The position numbers and the translations under genes were made by a program. Positions 49,758 through 63,489 of a stretch of 64,000 nucleotides of DNA are shown here, in pieces (positions within the stretch are counted from its first letter, which is position 1; each line of letters starts with the position of its first letter). The stretch is from Octopus sinensis (lineage: Eukaryota): contig NC_042998.1 of assembly GCF_006345805.1 (NCBI RefSeq), forward strand, positions 194,680,001-194,744,000. The letters are read 5' to 3'. The notes under the pieces are model-generated. The model did not search any database and was not told the DNA's origin. It saw nothing but the letters and a program-made list of their open reading frames with translations.

Positions 49758-50802
49758 TATATATATCTCATCATCATCATCATCATCATCGTTTAACAAC
49801 TGCTTTCCATGCTAGCATGGGTTGGACGATTTTGACTGAGGTCTGGCGAACCAGACTCCAATCTGATCTGACAGAGTTTCTACAGCTCGATGCCCTTCCT
49901 AATGCCAACCACTCTGAGAGTGTATGTATATATATATATATATATAAATGTATGTATGTATATATATATGTGTGTGTGTATATATATATATGTATATATA
50001 TGTGTGTATATATGTATGTATTATTACACATACAAATATACAAACCAATACGTAACTCAAGGGAGGAAACTACTTTCTAACAACAGGTACATCAATCTGG
50101 GGTGGATAAAAACGCTACCCCAGCATAGAGACAGTTCTACAATCATAACCAGTGCAAGAATTTCTAGAAATTTTACCTAAACAGTTTTTTTGCCTGTGTT
50201 TGGTCCATATCGTTTCATGAATGAACTAGTAATGTATTAACAATTGAGATTCAGAGGTGGGTTTTGTAGCATTAAACAAATAAAAGACAAATCTTCATTA
50301 GGAAAGGAAGATAGCCTTTTTACAGGTAATTTTTCAAGAAAATTCGACTTGTATTTACTACAGCAAGTGAATAAAGAGTTCAGGCAAGAAATGCTGCAAA
50401 ATCACTGCAGTAGACACTGAACTCCCAATCCAGGGGCCAGTAGCCTAACACTATTGATTTAACTTTGTTTCTAAAAATTCTAATACTTGCATGCTGTTAG
50501 TAGTTGATTTCTTTTTTACAACAGCTAGATGCTCTTCCTAATGCTGATCCATTACATTCATAATTGCTAGATAGTGGGTTTGATTCCCTGACTGGGTAGC
50601 ACATTGTTTTTTTTTCAATAAAACATTTCATTTGATGTTGTTCCAGACCCCACTTGCGATCAGGGGGGATGTTGACCCTCTTGCCTAGCCAACAGGGTGG
50701 CATTATTTGAAGGCTAAATCAATGCAAAAGTGTATTGTAACCAATGATGTGTAACAATATCTGACAGCCTGGCCGGTCATATGAGCATGATATATATATA
50801 TA

Positions 50803-51300
50803 TACTACACTCACGGAGTGGTTGGCATTAGGAAGGGCATCCAGCCGTAGAAACACTGCCAGATCAGACTGGGCGTGGTACAGCCTTCTGGCTTCCCAGA
50901 TCCCAGTTGAACCATCCAACCCATGCTAGCATGGAAAGCGGATGCTAAACGATGATGATGATGATATATCATCATCATCATCATCGTCGTTTAACGTCCG
51001 TTCTCCATGCTAGCATGGGTGGACGGTTCGACCGGGGTTCTGGGAAGCCAGAAGGCTGCACCAGGCTCCAGTCTAATTTGGCAATGTTTCTACAGCTGGA
51101 TGCCCTTCCTAACGCCAACCACTCCGTGAGTGTAGTGGGTGCTTTTTACGTGCCACCTGCACAGGTGCCAGGCGGGGCTGGCAACGGCCACGGTCAGATT
51201 GGTGTATTTTATGTGCCACCGGCACGGAAGCCAGTCGAGGCGGTGCTGGCATCGGCCACGAGTCGGATAGTGCTTTTTACGTACCACCAGACCAGGGATC
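50803..51300. mobile_element. Two family C elements tail-to-tail
   Basis: (GAT)n-ATAT-(CAT)n centre at ~50966 with inverted bodies on either side. Confidence 0.85.
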
Positions 51301-51808
51301 CTGGTCTATACTAGAATATATCTTTGGCTGTCAACCCCATGCAAACATGGGAAAACAGATGAATGGTGATGACGAGGATGATGATGATGAGTATGGCAAA
51401 GGCTTAGCAAAGTCCTTCTGAGCTCAAATACCACCGAGGTCAACTCAGCCTTTCAAATCTTTTGCCATCAACCAAAAGAACCAATCAAGCACTGCAGTTG
51501 ACACAGTCAACTATCCTCCTCTCCCCAAAATTTTGCTGGCCCCGTGCCAAAATTAGAAAGAACTATTACCATTGTTATTATTATCATTATTATTATTATG
51601 GCGAGCTGGCAGAATCACCAGCACGCCGGGCAAAATGCCCAGCGGCATTTCATCTGCTACTACATTCCGAGTTCAAGTTCCGCCGGGGTCGACATTGCCT
51701 TTCATCCCTCCCAGGTCAATAAATTAAGTACCAGTCAAGTACTGGGGTCGATTATCCCCCTTCTCACAAATTTGCTGCCCTTGTAGCAAAATTTGAAACC
51801 ATTATTAC

Positions 51809-51842
<34 letters not shown>

Positions 51843-53366
51843 AATGCAGCCAGCTTAGAGCATGCAGTAAAAAATGGCATTTTGTCCAAGTTTAAGTTTC
51901 GACCTCCCATTCCACCGAGGTCAACCGTGCCCCCCATCCCCTGTGGATCAACAGAACAAGCACCAACCGAGCAATGGGGTCGATGTCACTGACTATCCAC
52001 CTCCATATATTTATATGTATATCGTAGCTGTGGCCAGTATTCCCTGACTGGCTCCCATGCCAGTGGCACATAAAAAGCACCATCTGAACGTGGCCAGTGC
52101 CAGTACCTCCTGACTGGCCCCCATGCTGATGGCATGTAAAAAGCACTATCTGATCGTGATCGATGCCAGGCCTACGTGACTGGCTACTGTGCCGGTGGCA
52201 CATAAAAAGCACCCACTACATTCTCAGAGTGGTTGGCATTAGGAAGGGCATCTAGCTGTAGAAACATTGAAAGATCAGAATGGAACCAGGTGCAGCCGCT
52301 GGCTTTCTAGACCTCAGTCAAACCATCCAACCCATGCCAGCATGGAAAACGGATGTTAAACAATGATGATGTCTCTTTTATTTTTTATCTTGTTTCATTC
52401 ATTAGACTGTGGCCACACTGGGATATCACCTTGAAGAAATTTTTTGTTGAATGAACTGACCCCAGAACTTATTATTTTTAATAAATTCTATCAGTCTGTT
52501 TTGCCAAACTGCTAAGTTATACGGATGTAAACACATCAACACTGGTTGTCAAGCAGTGCTGGGCAACAAACAGACAAAGATATACACATCATCATCTTTT
52601 AATGTCCGCTTTTCATGCTAGCATGGGTTGGACCATTTGAATGAGGTCTGGTGAACCAGATGGCTGCACCAGGCTCCAATCTGATCTGGCAGAGTTTCTA
52701 CAGCTGGATGCCCTTCCTAATGCCAACCACTCCAAGAGTGTAGTGGGTGCTTTTACGTGCCACCGACACAAAGGCCAGTCAGATGGTACTGGCAACGGCC
52801 ACGCTCAAATGGTGCTTTTTACACACCACCTGCACAGGAGCCAGTCCAGCGGCACTGGCAACAACCTCGCTTGAATGTTTTTTCATGTGCCATCAGCACA
52901 AGTGCTAGTAAGGTGACGCATATAATGATCACACTCGAATGGTTTTTTTTAACATGCCATCGGCATGGAGGCCAGCTTGTTGCTCTGGCAACGATCTCAC
53001 TCGTATGGTATATATATATATATATATATATATACACGCGATGGGCTTCTTTCCATTCCTGCTTACCAAATCCACTCACAAGGATTTGGTTGACCTTAAG
53101 CCATAATAGAAGACACTTGTCTAAGATTCCATTCAGTGGGCCTGAGCCTGGAATCCTATGGATGAATAACAGACTTCTTACCACACAGCACACCTGCATC
53201 CATTTTCCATGTCAGCATGAGTTTGACAGGAGCTGGCAAGCTGGAGAGTTGCACCAGGCTCCAACTATATGTTTTGGCATCATTTCTACACCTGGATACC
53301 CTTCCTAATACCAGTAACTCTGCAGAGTGTATTGGGTGCTTTTTACATGACACCAGCAGAGGTATG

Positions 53367-53411
<45 letters not shown>

Positions 53412-55028
53412 ATACATATCTGAAATTTCAAGTAATTATGTAAAATTCCATTTTATCAAGTTTTATAAATTTCTATCATAAATTGAGTTATTTTACAGAA
53501 AAAAGTAACAACACAACAATATCACTGGGTTATATGCCTAGGTATATATTTGATACTGATATCAGCATAACGATGATGGTGAATGAAGATGACTGAATGA
53601 TGCTTCTTTAATGTATTTCTAAAATTCTACCTCAAGGGAAAGTATGGATTTTTCAAAATGTTGAAATTCTGTTATTCTTCCATTTAAGTCAATTAAATTG
53701 AGACTGTATCAAAATTAAAAGCACTGAATCAAAAGAATCTCCTAATGTAAAAAAAAATCACCACCAAAGATAATTCATGTTCCTAATCATTCTTTCCCTG
53801 TTGATAAGACAAATTAGTTTAGAGAACAGTTTCCCCGGCTATTTTTATTGATTGTTATAAAAATTGCTGTTAAACTGGTGGAGGCGATTCAAGCAAAATT
53901 ATGTTTTTTGTTTGAGAATTGAAGTTTGATTAAATAAAGAATTTTTGCAGAATCTGATTGAAATTTTAGTCATAGATAAAAAAATTCCATTTTAAAATTT
54001 AGTAATAACTGAAAATTATATTGTAGAACAAGCATCAAGCACTCATATCATATTGAGAGAGAGAATTACCATGTGCCATAGTGGGAGATTCAGCAGAACT
54101 AACCAGAAGTGTCTCATGTTAGCATACTGTATATCACATGAAGATATAGAAAAATATGTTGTCATGTTTTCAGTTAAGATTCAACTGAGAACTAATTTTT
54201 CTGAAACCTATTATGTAAACTGCATGGGTTGCCAGTGCTAACATATCTAGATAAATTAAATATTTGATGGTACAGCACTGGTTTTCAGGATAAGAGAAGA
54301 TATACCAAATAGATGATATTCAATATCCTAAATATCCATTGCAATCACAACAAATAATGATACTATGCTAATAAAGGAAATCTGTTCCATAAATATTGTT
54401 GATAGATATGGATAAATTTAGGCATGAAGTATTTTAGAACTGTTCTGGTCTGAATATCACTCAATAACAAAAACAATGTCATCTCAAATTCCAAATTAAA
54501 AAAATATATAGTACCAATATATTTTGACTTTGAAATCTTGTGAATGAAAGGGCTAACTCAGCAGTCGTCAATGGATGGTAGATTTACATTCTGGGAATTT
54601 GTGACAGTAGAAGCTTGCATGGAATAATGAAAGTGAAATTGGAAGAGGTACAGAAATATAGAGCAGATTTTTGAGGAAAAATAGATTAATAACAATCTGT
54701 ATTTACAAGATGATGAAATAAGTTTGATGATCGGGATGTTTATCACTGAATGAAACTGGTTTTAACGGTAGTCTGTGTCATTCTTAAGTTACACAATTAG
54801 CATCACAGATGAAGAAAGAGACTTCAGTGATTCTGAGAGGTTTATGTCAATTGAGTAAAACAGCACACGTATAGACAATATCTTGCTCCAGAAGCTAGAT
54901 ATAAATTGTATACTGAAGCACTGATGTCAGTTTAGATATTTATTTTAACAATGTTTCAAGTGTGTTTGACACCTCATAGAATCAAGTTAGGAATTTTGGC
55001 TTCAATTATTAATGTAATAATCTAATAG

Positions 55029-55726
55029 TTATCTTTGATTGTATTCATATAAAGGCCTTATAGAAGAAAAAGGAGCAGAGTATTTGTCCATCCAGGGAAG
55101 AAATTCATCCTTACGCTTAATGATAATTGTCATTAACATCATGGAATCAGACTCAGCAGAATGTGCATTTACAGGTTCGCTTCCAGTTTCTCGCCTGTAA
55201 ATGTCTCCCAGTTTGTATGAGATTTTGTCCTTTTTACAACGAGGTTCATCATCAACCAATGATTCATCTGAATTGTATGTATCTGAATTATTGACCTTTT
55301 CAGGGCTTGATTTTGGGGTCAGAAAAACACTGTCGCCCATACCTTTCCAAAGCCAAGTTTTTGCTTTATCAACTCCTTGAATTTGTGAGTTATTGGGGGT
55401 TTGGGAAGGATCATCGTTATTTCTTTTTGGTTCTTTTCTTGGTGTAACTGGAATCGTTTTTGAGTTTTTAGTTGGAGTGGTCATAATAGACGGTTTTTTG
55501 GTGTCCAAATCCTTCACTGCCTTCAGTGAATCAACACAGAGAAGATCCAACATCAGTGTTGCCTGCACATAACGAAGTTCAGCTTGTAAGAGACCGAAAT
55601 CATAATCATTTCCTCCATGGGCCACCAAACAGACTGGTTTCTTTAGTCTGGTTAAGAAACAGTTGAGAAGCTGAGAGGCATTAATATCAAAGATGCTTTG
55701 GTCCTGCAATGCATCATTGAAAAGAC
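55029..55726 (-). CDS. TREX1: TREX1/TREX2-like DEDDh 3'-5' exonuclease, coding exon 2
   Basis: Acceptor TTTTACTTTTGCAG|GT at 55727/55726; ExoII PVCLVAHGGNDYDFGLL, CVDSL, SYKLGDIY, ExoIII AHSAESD; stop at 55031-55029. The phase-1 join with exon 1 is in frame (975 nt, 324 aa). The symbol denotes family, not strict orthology. Confidence 0.92.
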
Positions 55727-55894
55727 CTGCAAAAGTAAAAACAAAAGCATAAAAATCATTAAAATGAAATTAACAATGTTAGTATTAAAGCAGTAATATA
55801 GTGGCCTTCATTTGTTTTTACAAGTCAGTCAGAGAAAGAACAAGTAATGCTCACAAGCCTTAAACATGTGCTGAATAAAGTTTTGTACATATAT

Positions 55895-56220
55895 AATAAT
55901 GAAATTATTGTATAAAGTGCTCAGGTGCACCACAACTTGTCAGAAAGTGCGTATAAAGAATATGCAGTAATGTACAACTGTCTGGGAAGCGAACAGTGTA
56001 TGAGTCAGATACATGCTTGTGTGTGTATGGAGGGAAGAAAATCAGGTGTAGTGTTGGCGAATCTCAGGAAGCATGGAAGTTTTGAAGGATGCAGTGCTCC
56101 GACAACTAACAACTGATGCCGGCAGTCTGTTCCATGCTTCAGCAACTCTTAATGTGAAAAAAATGTTTTCGAAAGTCATGGGAGCTGTGCTGTTTTCTGA
56201 CTTTGTAAACATGTCCACGG
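55895..56220 (-). mobile_element. CR1/L2-type LINE 3' end inside the TREX intron
   Basis: FFTLRVAEAWNRLPASVVSCRSTASFKTSML; same family as 29085-29297. Confidence 0.8.
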
Positions 56221-59200
56221 GTAGACATGTAAGGTTACAGTGTGGACACATAAGAGTTACAGCATGGACAAGTATGGGAGTTACAGTGGGGACACAGGTG
56301 GGGTGTACAGGGTTGACATGGGGTTACAGCGAGGAGACTTATGTATGAGAATTAAAGTGTGAACACATGCACAAATGATGAACAGACAAAACAAAAAAAA
56401 CATTTTATTTATATAGCGATTGAATGAGGTAAAATAACAATTTCAGGTAGTTAATTACATGAAGTACTTAACTAAGTATCTTTCATGATTTGTGTTCTTT
56501 AATTACAGAAGCATACGAATGTTTGTCATAGTTGTAAGAACTGTTTTGTAAATGCAAATTGAAAGTTTGCTCTTTTATTTTAATCCATAACTAGCCAATA
56601 TTGCAATGGGTGGTACTTTTTCTACTAGTCTCTGGATGCAGGAAAGCCTAGTTAACACTAAAACTTAGATTACAAAACAGAAAAGCAGTAAAGTTTGGAT
56701 GCCACAAAACATTAAGCCAGACTAGATTACATTTAATGAACATTCACTTCCTTAGATATAAGTAATAGGGTTTTCTTTTGACTGATTCACTCTCACCTCT
56801 ACCATCTGTCTCTAACCATTCCTCACCCTCCTCATACACTCTTGCAATCTCTGCACACTCACACTTCCAGTTCTGTCTCCACTCCTATTTACATTCTTGT
56901 ACCTTGAGAGCTCACACTGATACCATGTCACCACCTTTACCTCTCTTTCCAACTCCACTCTTCATTACTCATACCCATTCTTGTATAACGTAAATAGGCA
57001 TGTATCTCTTCTGCAGCAAGAAACCTCTTCCAGCCCTTTCTTTCACACTTTAATCTTGCATTGTCTAGCATAAAACTGCCTCCTCCTCCTCCTCTTCTCA
57101 ATACAGTCCCAGCTCAATTAAAAAGGATCTTAGCCTGAGCTCTGAGATTCTCACCCAGTAACACAGAATTGATGAATGCCACCCAGTACAAAGGTGGCCT
57201 TTGTTTTATTGCCTGTAAAAGGTTAAGGCACAAAACCAACATGAGCTGAAATAAACAATCCAACAGAAGAATGACTCTTGTCATCTACTTTTAATGCCAC
57301 TATAAAAATAATAATTTTTATTAAAGGCTTATGATTAGAAATTCTGGGGAAGGATATTATTTACTATATCAACCCAGTACTTGACTGGTAAATTTTTATT
57401 GGTTCTGGAATAAGAATAGGCAATAGATAAGCCCTACTTTCCCGGGAATTACTGGGTACGTCATCTAATGTGTGTGTGTGTGTGTGTAGGCAAGTGTCTT
57501 CTACCATAGCCCAGGGCTGATCAAAGCCTTGAGAGTGGATTTAGCAAAGAGAAACTGAAAGAGACATTGTATATGTATTTATGTGTGTCTGTGTATTTAT
57601 GTGTACCCTTGTCTTGATACCATCATCACTGTCACACAAACGATGTGTTTCCAGTTTTCCATGAAAAACATGTCTGGCTATGAGAAATATTACCTAGCTT
57701 GTAAAAATAAGTTAGACTTGGCAATGGGAGCGGCATCCAGCTTTTCCTGCTGCCAAGCCTCACCTGTTTATAAGCAAGGTAATATTTCCTATAGCCAGAC
57801 ATATTTTTCATGGAAGTTTCAAAACCAACATATACAGAAATGGTGAAATAGAATAGCCTTGAAAACTAAGTGCAGTTTCAGAATGACCATGTAGAATGCA
57901 CACCAAGTTGATGCCACTGCATAAAATAGACCCAGTACATAGAACCAAATTCTTCAAGAACATTTACAAAATCAAACTTTCCTAACTACTCTGCAATTAT
58001 CATATACACGTAAAATGCACCAATCCGATTGTGGCCGTTGCCAGCCTCGCCTGGCACCTGTGCAGGTGGCACGTAAAAAGCACCCACTACACTCACAGAG
58101 TGGTTGGCGTTAGGAAGGGCACCAAGCTGTAGAAACATTGCCAGATAAGACTGGAGCCTGGTGCAGCCTTCTGGCTTTCCAGATCCCCGGTCAAACCGTC
58201 CAACCCATGCTAGCATGGAGAACGGACGTTAAACGATGATGATGATGATGATGAGAAGTTGGTGGTGCATTTATTTGGACCATGGAAATCTGTGGTCACA
58301 AGCATTCCAAACCTGATCATCTTGCCTTTTAGCTCTATATTATCCAATATGTCATTCCATTTTTAAGACGAGAAGGTATGATTTAAAGATTTCGCTACAA
58401 TTTCCAACAGATTCCTTACAACCACCACAAAGAGTCGAGTTCGGTAGTGAAGGAACTTATTTAGAACAAATGGTATTGCATCTCCCATTTGAAGCAACTT
58501 GTACTAACTTCTGTGAACATTTGGGTAGTCCTTAACTATGTTTTCATTATGTTCATTAAGTATGTTAACATAAAATATTTAGTGACTCCAACTGAAATAA
58601 TGGGAACGACACTGGATGTTTTATAGTATCTAATCCGCACTTTGCAGTCCATTATTGAACATTATCGAACACTTTCGTTCATTAATACTTCTGTGTGAAC
58701 TCAGAAACGAAAAAGTGTCAAGTAATTTGTAAGTGTTTGTACTCCCACTTAATGTTTATTTAACCTGTTAGGTTAACATATAGCTTACCGTCGTAAAAAA
58801 GTGAAAGTAAATTATCTTTGCAAAAACAAAAAAAAAAGAGAAATAAAATGGAAGCGATGACAGTCACACTAAAATTTCACCAAATACGTTTGATATCTGA
58901 TGGATAGGCTTCTTATGTGGGTTCTTGGCAACTTCTAAAACAAGAGTTTAGTATTTAATTTCATATATACTTATATGTGAGTGTGAACTTGATAAAATTT
59001 CTACAAGGCGTATTTGTAGAAAATTTCATTTAAGAATATCTATTTTTCTGGAAGTTATGAGGCAACAAAGTCATGCACACCTGTGGAGGTGTGTCCAATT
59101 CTGTGTATGTACATGTCTTTACAGCAAAATTTACCGTATTTACGAGATAGCTGGCATTTATCGATAGTTTCTCTCGGTGTTTTGATGCACTGTTTTCTAT

Positions 59201-59505
59201 CATTTGACCATTAATAGAACTGTTAGCATTTTTGTCGACACGAGTATGACAGTCTTATATAAAATATGGGGCTAATGCAGAATCGCATCTCTCTTTGAAA
59301 AATGCCTTTAAAAAACTATTCACCCTTTAATTTCTTTTAACGACAATGAGCATACATGACGGTAAATTACATTTGTGTACATGTGTGCTTGTAAATGTTT
59401 CTTATTGATAAGCGTGTGTGCAATATAAGTACGTCTCCTTCTCTCAGCCAAGCACAAAGCGCAGATTCACCAACAACAGGGCTAAAAAGAAAAACTTTTA
59501 CTTAC

Positions 59506-59782
59506 GAGTGAGTTTAGAGGCAGCTGGAGCGATTAGTTTGTTGGGATAAAAACAGAGGCGAAGGTTGTTTAATACTCGAGGGCGGGTGTACGATAGTTCG
59601 CTCCGGCTTACAGCAATCATAGCTAATTCAGTGATTTTAGGTCGGTTTCCAGTCTCGTTCAGTCCAGTGGCTTCTAAGTCGAAGAAAACGAACGTGTTGA
59701 TCTTTCGGAATGAAAATGATGATGATGAAGACGACGACGGTGATGTTGTTATTGACGATGTAGACGACGATGGAGTGGCCAT
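59506..59782 (-). CDS. TREX1: TREX1/TREX2-like exonuclease, coding exon 1
   Basis: ATG at 59782 (MATPSSS...); ExoI TFVFFDLEATGL, PKITELAMIAV, PRVLNNLRLCFYP, AASKLT; donor C|GTAAGT at 59506/59505; intron of 3779 bp. Confidence 0.92.
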
Positions 59783-60100
59783 GCTTTGAACCCAGAACTT
59801 CCGCTTTTGTATAAATAACAAACACCGACAGCTTCAATAACTAACGAATAAACATTATTCTGACGGAAATAGAAAAGGAAAAAAAAAAAGATTATTTGAC
59901 AGCTATACTAAATGTGTTATGCAGTATTATATAAAGTGAGGTATATATACATATACGCGTGTGAATCATCAAATAATCTGTGAAATTTCAATTGCGGTCG
60001 TTCCATGATTCATAACAATCAGAAAATGTGTAACACAGAATGCGCACACACAGACACGCATACGGGAGATAACTGTTGTACGCAATTTATGAAGAGCTCT
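59783..60100 (-). promoter_or_regulatory. Probable TREX 5' UTR/promoter region
   Basis: CpG-retaining and TE-free; ETS-like GCGGAAGT at ~59797-59804. TSS not determinable from sequence. Confidence 0.4.
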
Positions 60101-60739
60101 TTAATTCCTTGGTTGTCAATGAGCTTCTCCTGCTCATATTCGTTTTTCGCTATACTAAAGGGGTCACGGTGTTAGGTATAACTGATTATATAAGTCAGTA
60201 GTCCTCGAAAGACTACCAAAATATTAGACTTTTTTTTTGTCTCGCTTCTCTTCTTTAACGAAAGAAGAGAGAGAGAAAAAAAGTTGGCGATCTTTCGTCT
60301 CTAAGGTCTACAAGAGACGAAAGATTGCCAAAAAGTTAGAGATTGCGACCATGTAACTTACATAAATTTTTCTCTCTTCTCCACGTTGTTGAACTAACTA
60401 ATCATTATAATATGTATTTTATATTATGTAATCTCACATATAAATCAAAGTATTTCACACTGATTACTGTGGAGGAAAAAACTAAAACGACAAACGGAGA
60501 TGGAGTGAATGACAGAGACACTAAACGTGAGAAATTCGGCCGTGGTGTCGCTGGTATTTTAATCAAAATAAAACTAAATTTTTATCTTGAATTATTTCTA
60601 ACTTATCAATTTCATAAATATACACGCATTCACACACATACACACACACGAAATTAAATACTAAATTCTTTTCAAAAATCGACCATGTAACACAAATAAA
60701 AGAAAATGGAATGAACTATAATCTTTATTGTAAATCATT

Positions 60740-60977
60740 ACAATTGTTTCGACACATTTTTTACCTTTAGTACATTTCACCCGATATTGTGTAATCATTA
60801 TCATGCATTCAAAGTGTAACAATTGTTTCGACACATTTTGTACCTTTAGTACATTTCACCCGATATTGTGTAATCATTATCATGCATCCAAAGTGTAACA
60901 ATTGTTTCGACACATTTTGTACCTTTAGTACATTTCACACGGTGTTGTGTAATCCTTATCATGCATCTAGGGTGTAA
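60740..60977. repeat. 79-bp tandem repeat x3
   Basis: ACAATTGTTTCGACACATTTT... starts at 60740, 60819 and 60898. Confidence 0.92.
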
Positions 60978-61385
60978 GATGCGCCTCCTCGGGTGATTGG
61001 TTAAATAAATTCTTCTTATGATCCCTTCATCATCACAGTGTGTTGACGCATATCCAAAGTGATGTGTCATATTTTCAACAGTTTACAGACCATACTAAAT
61101 CCACATACAAAATACAATTACAATCAAAATACAAATAATGAAACAGACAAAAGAACGGAAAAGGTCTAGGTTGACTATAAATTACCACAATGGTCAGATT
61201 ATAAGGAAGCAAATTCTAAACCGCCTGAAGAATAACATAAAGAATAATATTAAGTATTCAAAGATAATAAAGTGGTGAAAACTGACCAGGAAAGAAATAG
61301 TATAATAAATTAAAATATAAATTATTTTAATTTATATTATTTAATGTCTGCTTTCCATGCTGGCATGGGTTGGATGGTTTGACAG

Positions 61386-61616
61386 GTGGCGAGCTGGCAG
61401 AAACGTTAGCACGCCGGGCGAAATGTTTAGCGGTATTTCGTCAGCTGTTACGTTCTGAGTTCAAATTCCGCCGAGGTCGACTTTGCCTTTCATCCTTTCG
61501 GGGTCGATAAATTAAGTACCAGTTACGTACTGGGGTCGATATAATCGACTTAATACCTATGTCTGTCCTTCTTTGTCCCTTCTATGTTTAGCCCCTTGTG
61601 GGTAATAAAGAAATAG
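61386..61616 (+). mobile_element. SINE family A nested in a family C copy
   Basis: Flanked by duplicated GGTTTGACAGG; the host element continues on both sides. Confidence 0.85.
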
Positions 61617-61769
61617 GTTTGACAGGGAACCAATGAACTGCAGGGCCTTGCCAAACTCCAGTGTCATCTTTCGTGTGATTTCTACAGCTGGATGTCCTTC
61701 CTAATGCTGACCACTTTACAGTGTGTATACTGGGTGCTTTTCTCATGCTACCAGCATTAGTGAGGTTGT

Positions 61770-62120
61770 GGCACTCGGTCAGTTACGATGATGAGGGTTC
61801 CAGTTGATCTGATCAATGGTACAGCCTGCTCTTGAAATTAACGTGCAAGTGGCTGAGCACTCCACAGATATGTGTACCCTTAATGTAGTTCTGGGGGAGA
61901 TTCAGCATGACACAGAGTGTGACAACAGAAACAGGAAGAAAGGGTGAGAGAAAGTTGTGGTGGAAGAGTACAGCAGGGTTCACCACCACCCCCTGCCGGA
62001 ATCGCTGGGAGCTTTTGGTGTTTTCGCTCAATAAACATTCACAATGCCTGGTCTGAGAATTGAATCCACGATCCTACAACCGTGAGTCCGATGTCCAAAC
62101 CATTGGGCCATTGCGCCTCC
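61770..62120 (-). mobile_element. tRNA-derived SINE (fourth family)
   Basis: Head GGAGGCGCAATGGCCCAATGGTT...GGATTCAATTCTC with A/B-box similarity. Confidence 0.6.
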
Positions 62121-63489
62121 AATGAGGTAGAGTAGCTTGCAAGACAAAAGGAAAGGGAAAAAGCACCCACTACTAAGAAGAAGTATTTTGTGGGCAAAAT
62201 GTAGGTTGTTGGCTTTCTGTTAGGTGATGAAAGGTTTAAGCATGATAGATGGACAGGCACAGGTGTGCCTGTCCCTCTATACATGGCTGAAGGAGATTAA
62301 AGGAAGACAGTGGTAGAGTGCTAGGGCAAACTCTCAGGGAACAAGATTAGCATAAGAGATAATACAGACAGTGTGTCATAGGGGATGAGAGAGTGGATGT
62401 TTTCATAAGAGTGTGAGGTGGGGGTAAAGGTTAATGTATTGAGTAATGAAGAAGGGGGCGGGTGCAGATGATGGGAAAAACCAGTTTGTAGTGGGATAAG
62501 GTGGGAAATATCGGAGTGGTTCAGGAAAAATAGAACAGAAAGTAGTGGGATGATATGCAAAATGTAAGATCAGTGGGAAGGCAGATATAGAGATATAATA
62601 AGGTGGGTCATGATGGTAGATATTAGAGGGCATTGATAATGATAGCAGGTAAGGAAGTTGTTAAGGATAGAGTATAGCAGATGGGAAGGGAGAGAGCAGT
62701 GGCTAAAGGCACTGAAATGAGGTGATTGCTGGAAATAGAGTGGGCAAAAATGATAAAGTAGTTCAGAGATGGGGCGAGACCACTAGGGATAGGATGGGAT
62801 GTAATATGTGCTGATTCTGCTCTCAGGTGAGCATCACAGCTAAGGTGGCGAGCTGGCAGAAATGTTAGCACACCGGGCGAAATGCTTAGCGGTATTTCGT
62901 CTGTCGTTACGTTGTGAGTTCAAATTCTGCCAAGGTCGACTTTGCCTTTCATCCTTTCGGGGTCGATAAATTAAGTACCAGTTACACACTAGGGTCGATG
63001 TAATCGACTTAATACCTATGTATGTCCTTGTTTGTCCCCTCTATGTTTAGCCCCTTGTGGGTAATAAAGAAATAGGTACCACAGACTTGGGAGGAATGAA
63101 AAGGGGAGTGGGGTAATGCTTGATGTGTCAGAAAGAGGGGAGAGACGAGTGGGACACAGGGTCTTACATATACAAGCATAACTAATATTTTAGGATATCA
63201 TTTTTGCTGTAATGAACAGATATTTTTGAGCACAGTAAAACTCAATCATCTCAGTCCTTTGTCATCTCCTCTGATCAGCCTTCAGTACTTTGTCCCAAGT
63301 CTTCTTATTTCTTTATTGCCCACAAGGGGCTAAACACAGAGGGGACAAACAAGGTACTTAATTTATCGACCCCTAAAGGATGAAAGGCAAAGTCGACCTT
63401 GGCAGAATTAGAACTCAGAATGTAAAGACAAGCGAAATACAGCTAAGCATTTCGCCAGGCGTCCTAACGTTTCTGCCAGCTCGCCGCCC

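Noticed and set aside
59783-59821. N-terminal extension MLFIQKRKFWVQS of TREX
   Set aside because: Begins at a non-ATG codon; the first ATG is at 59782.
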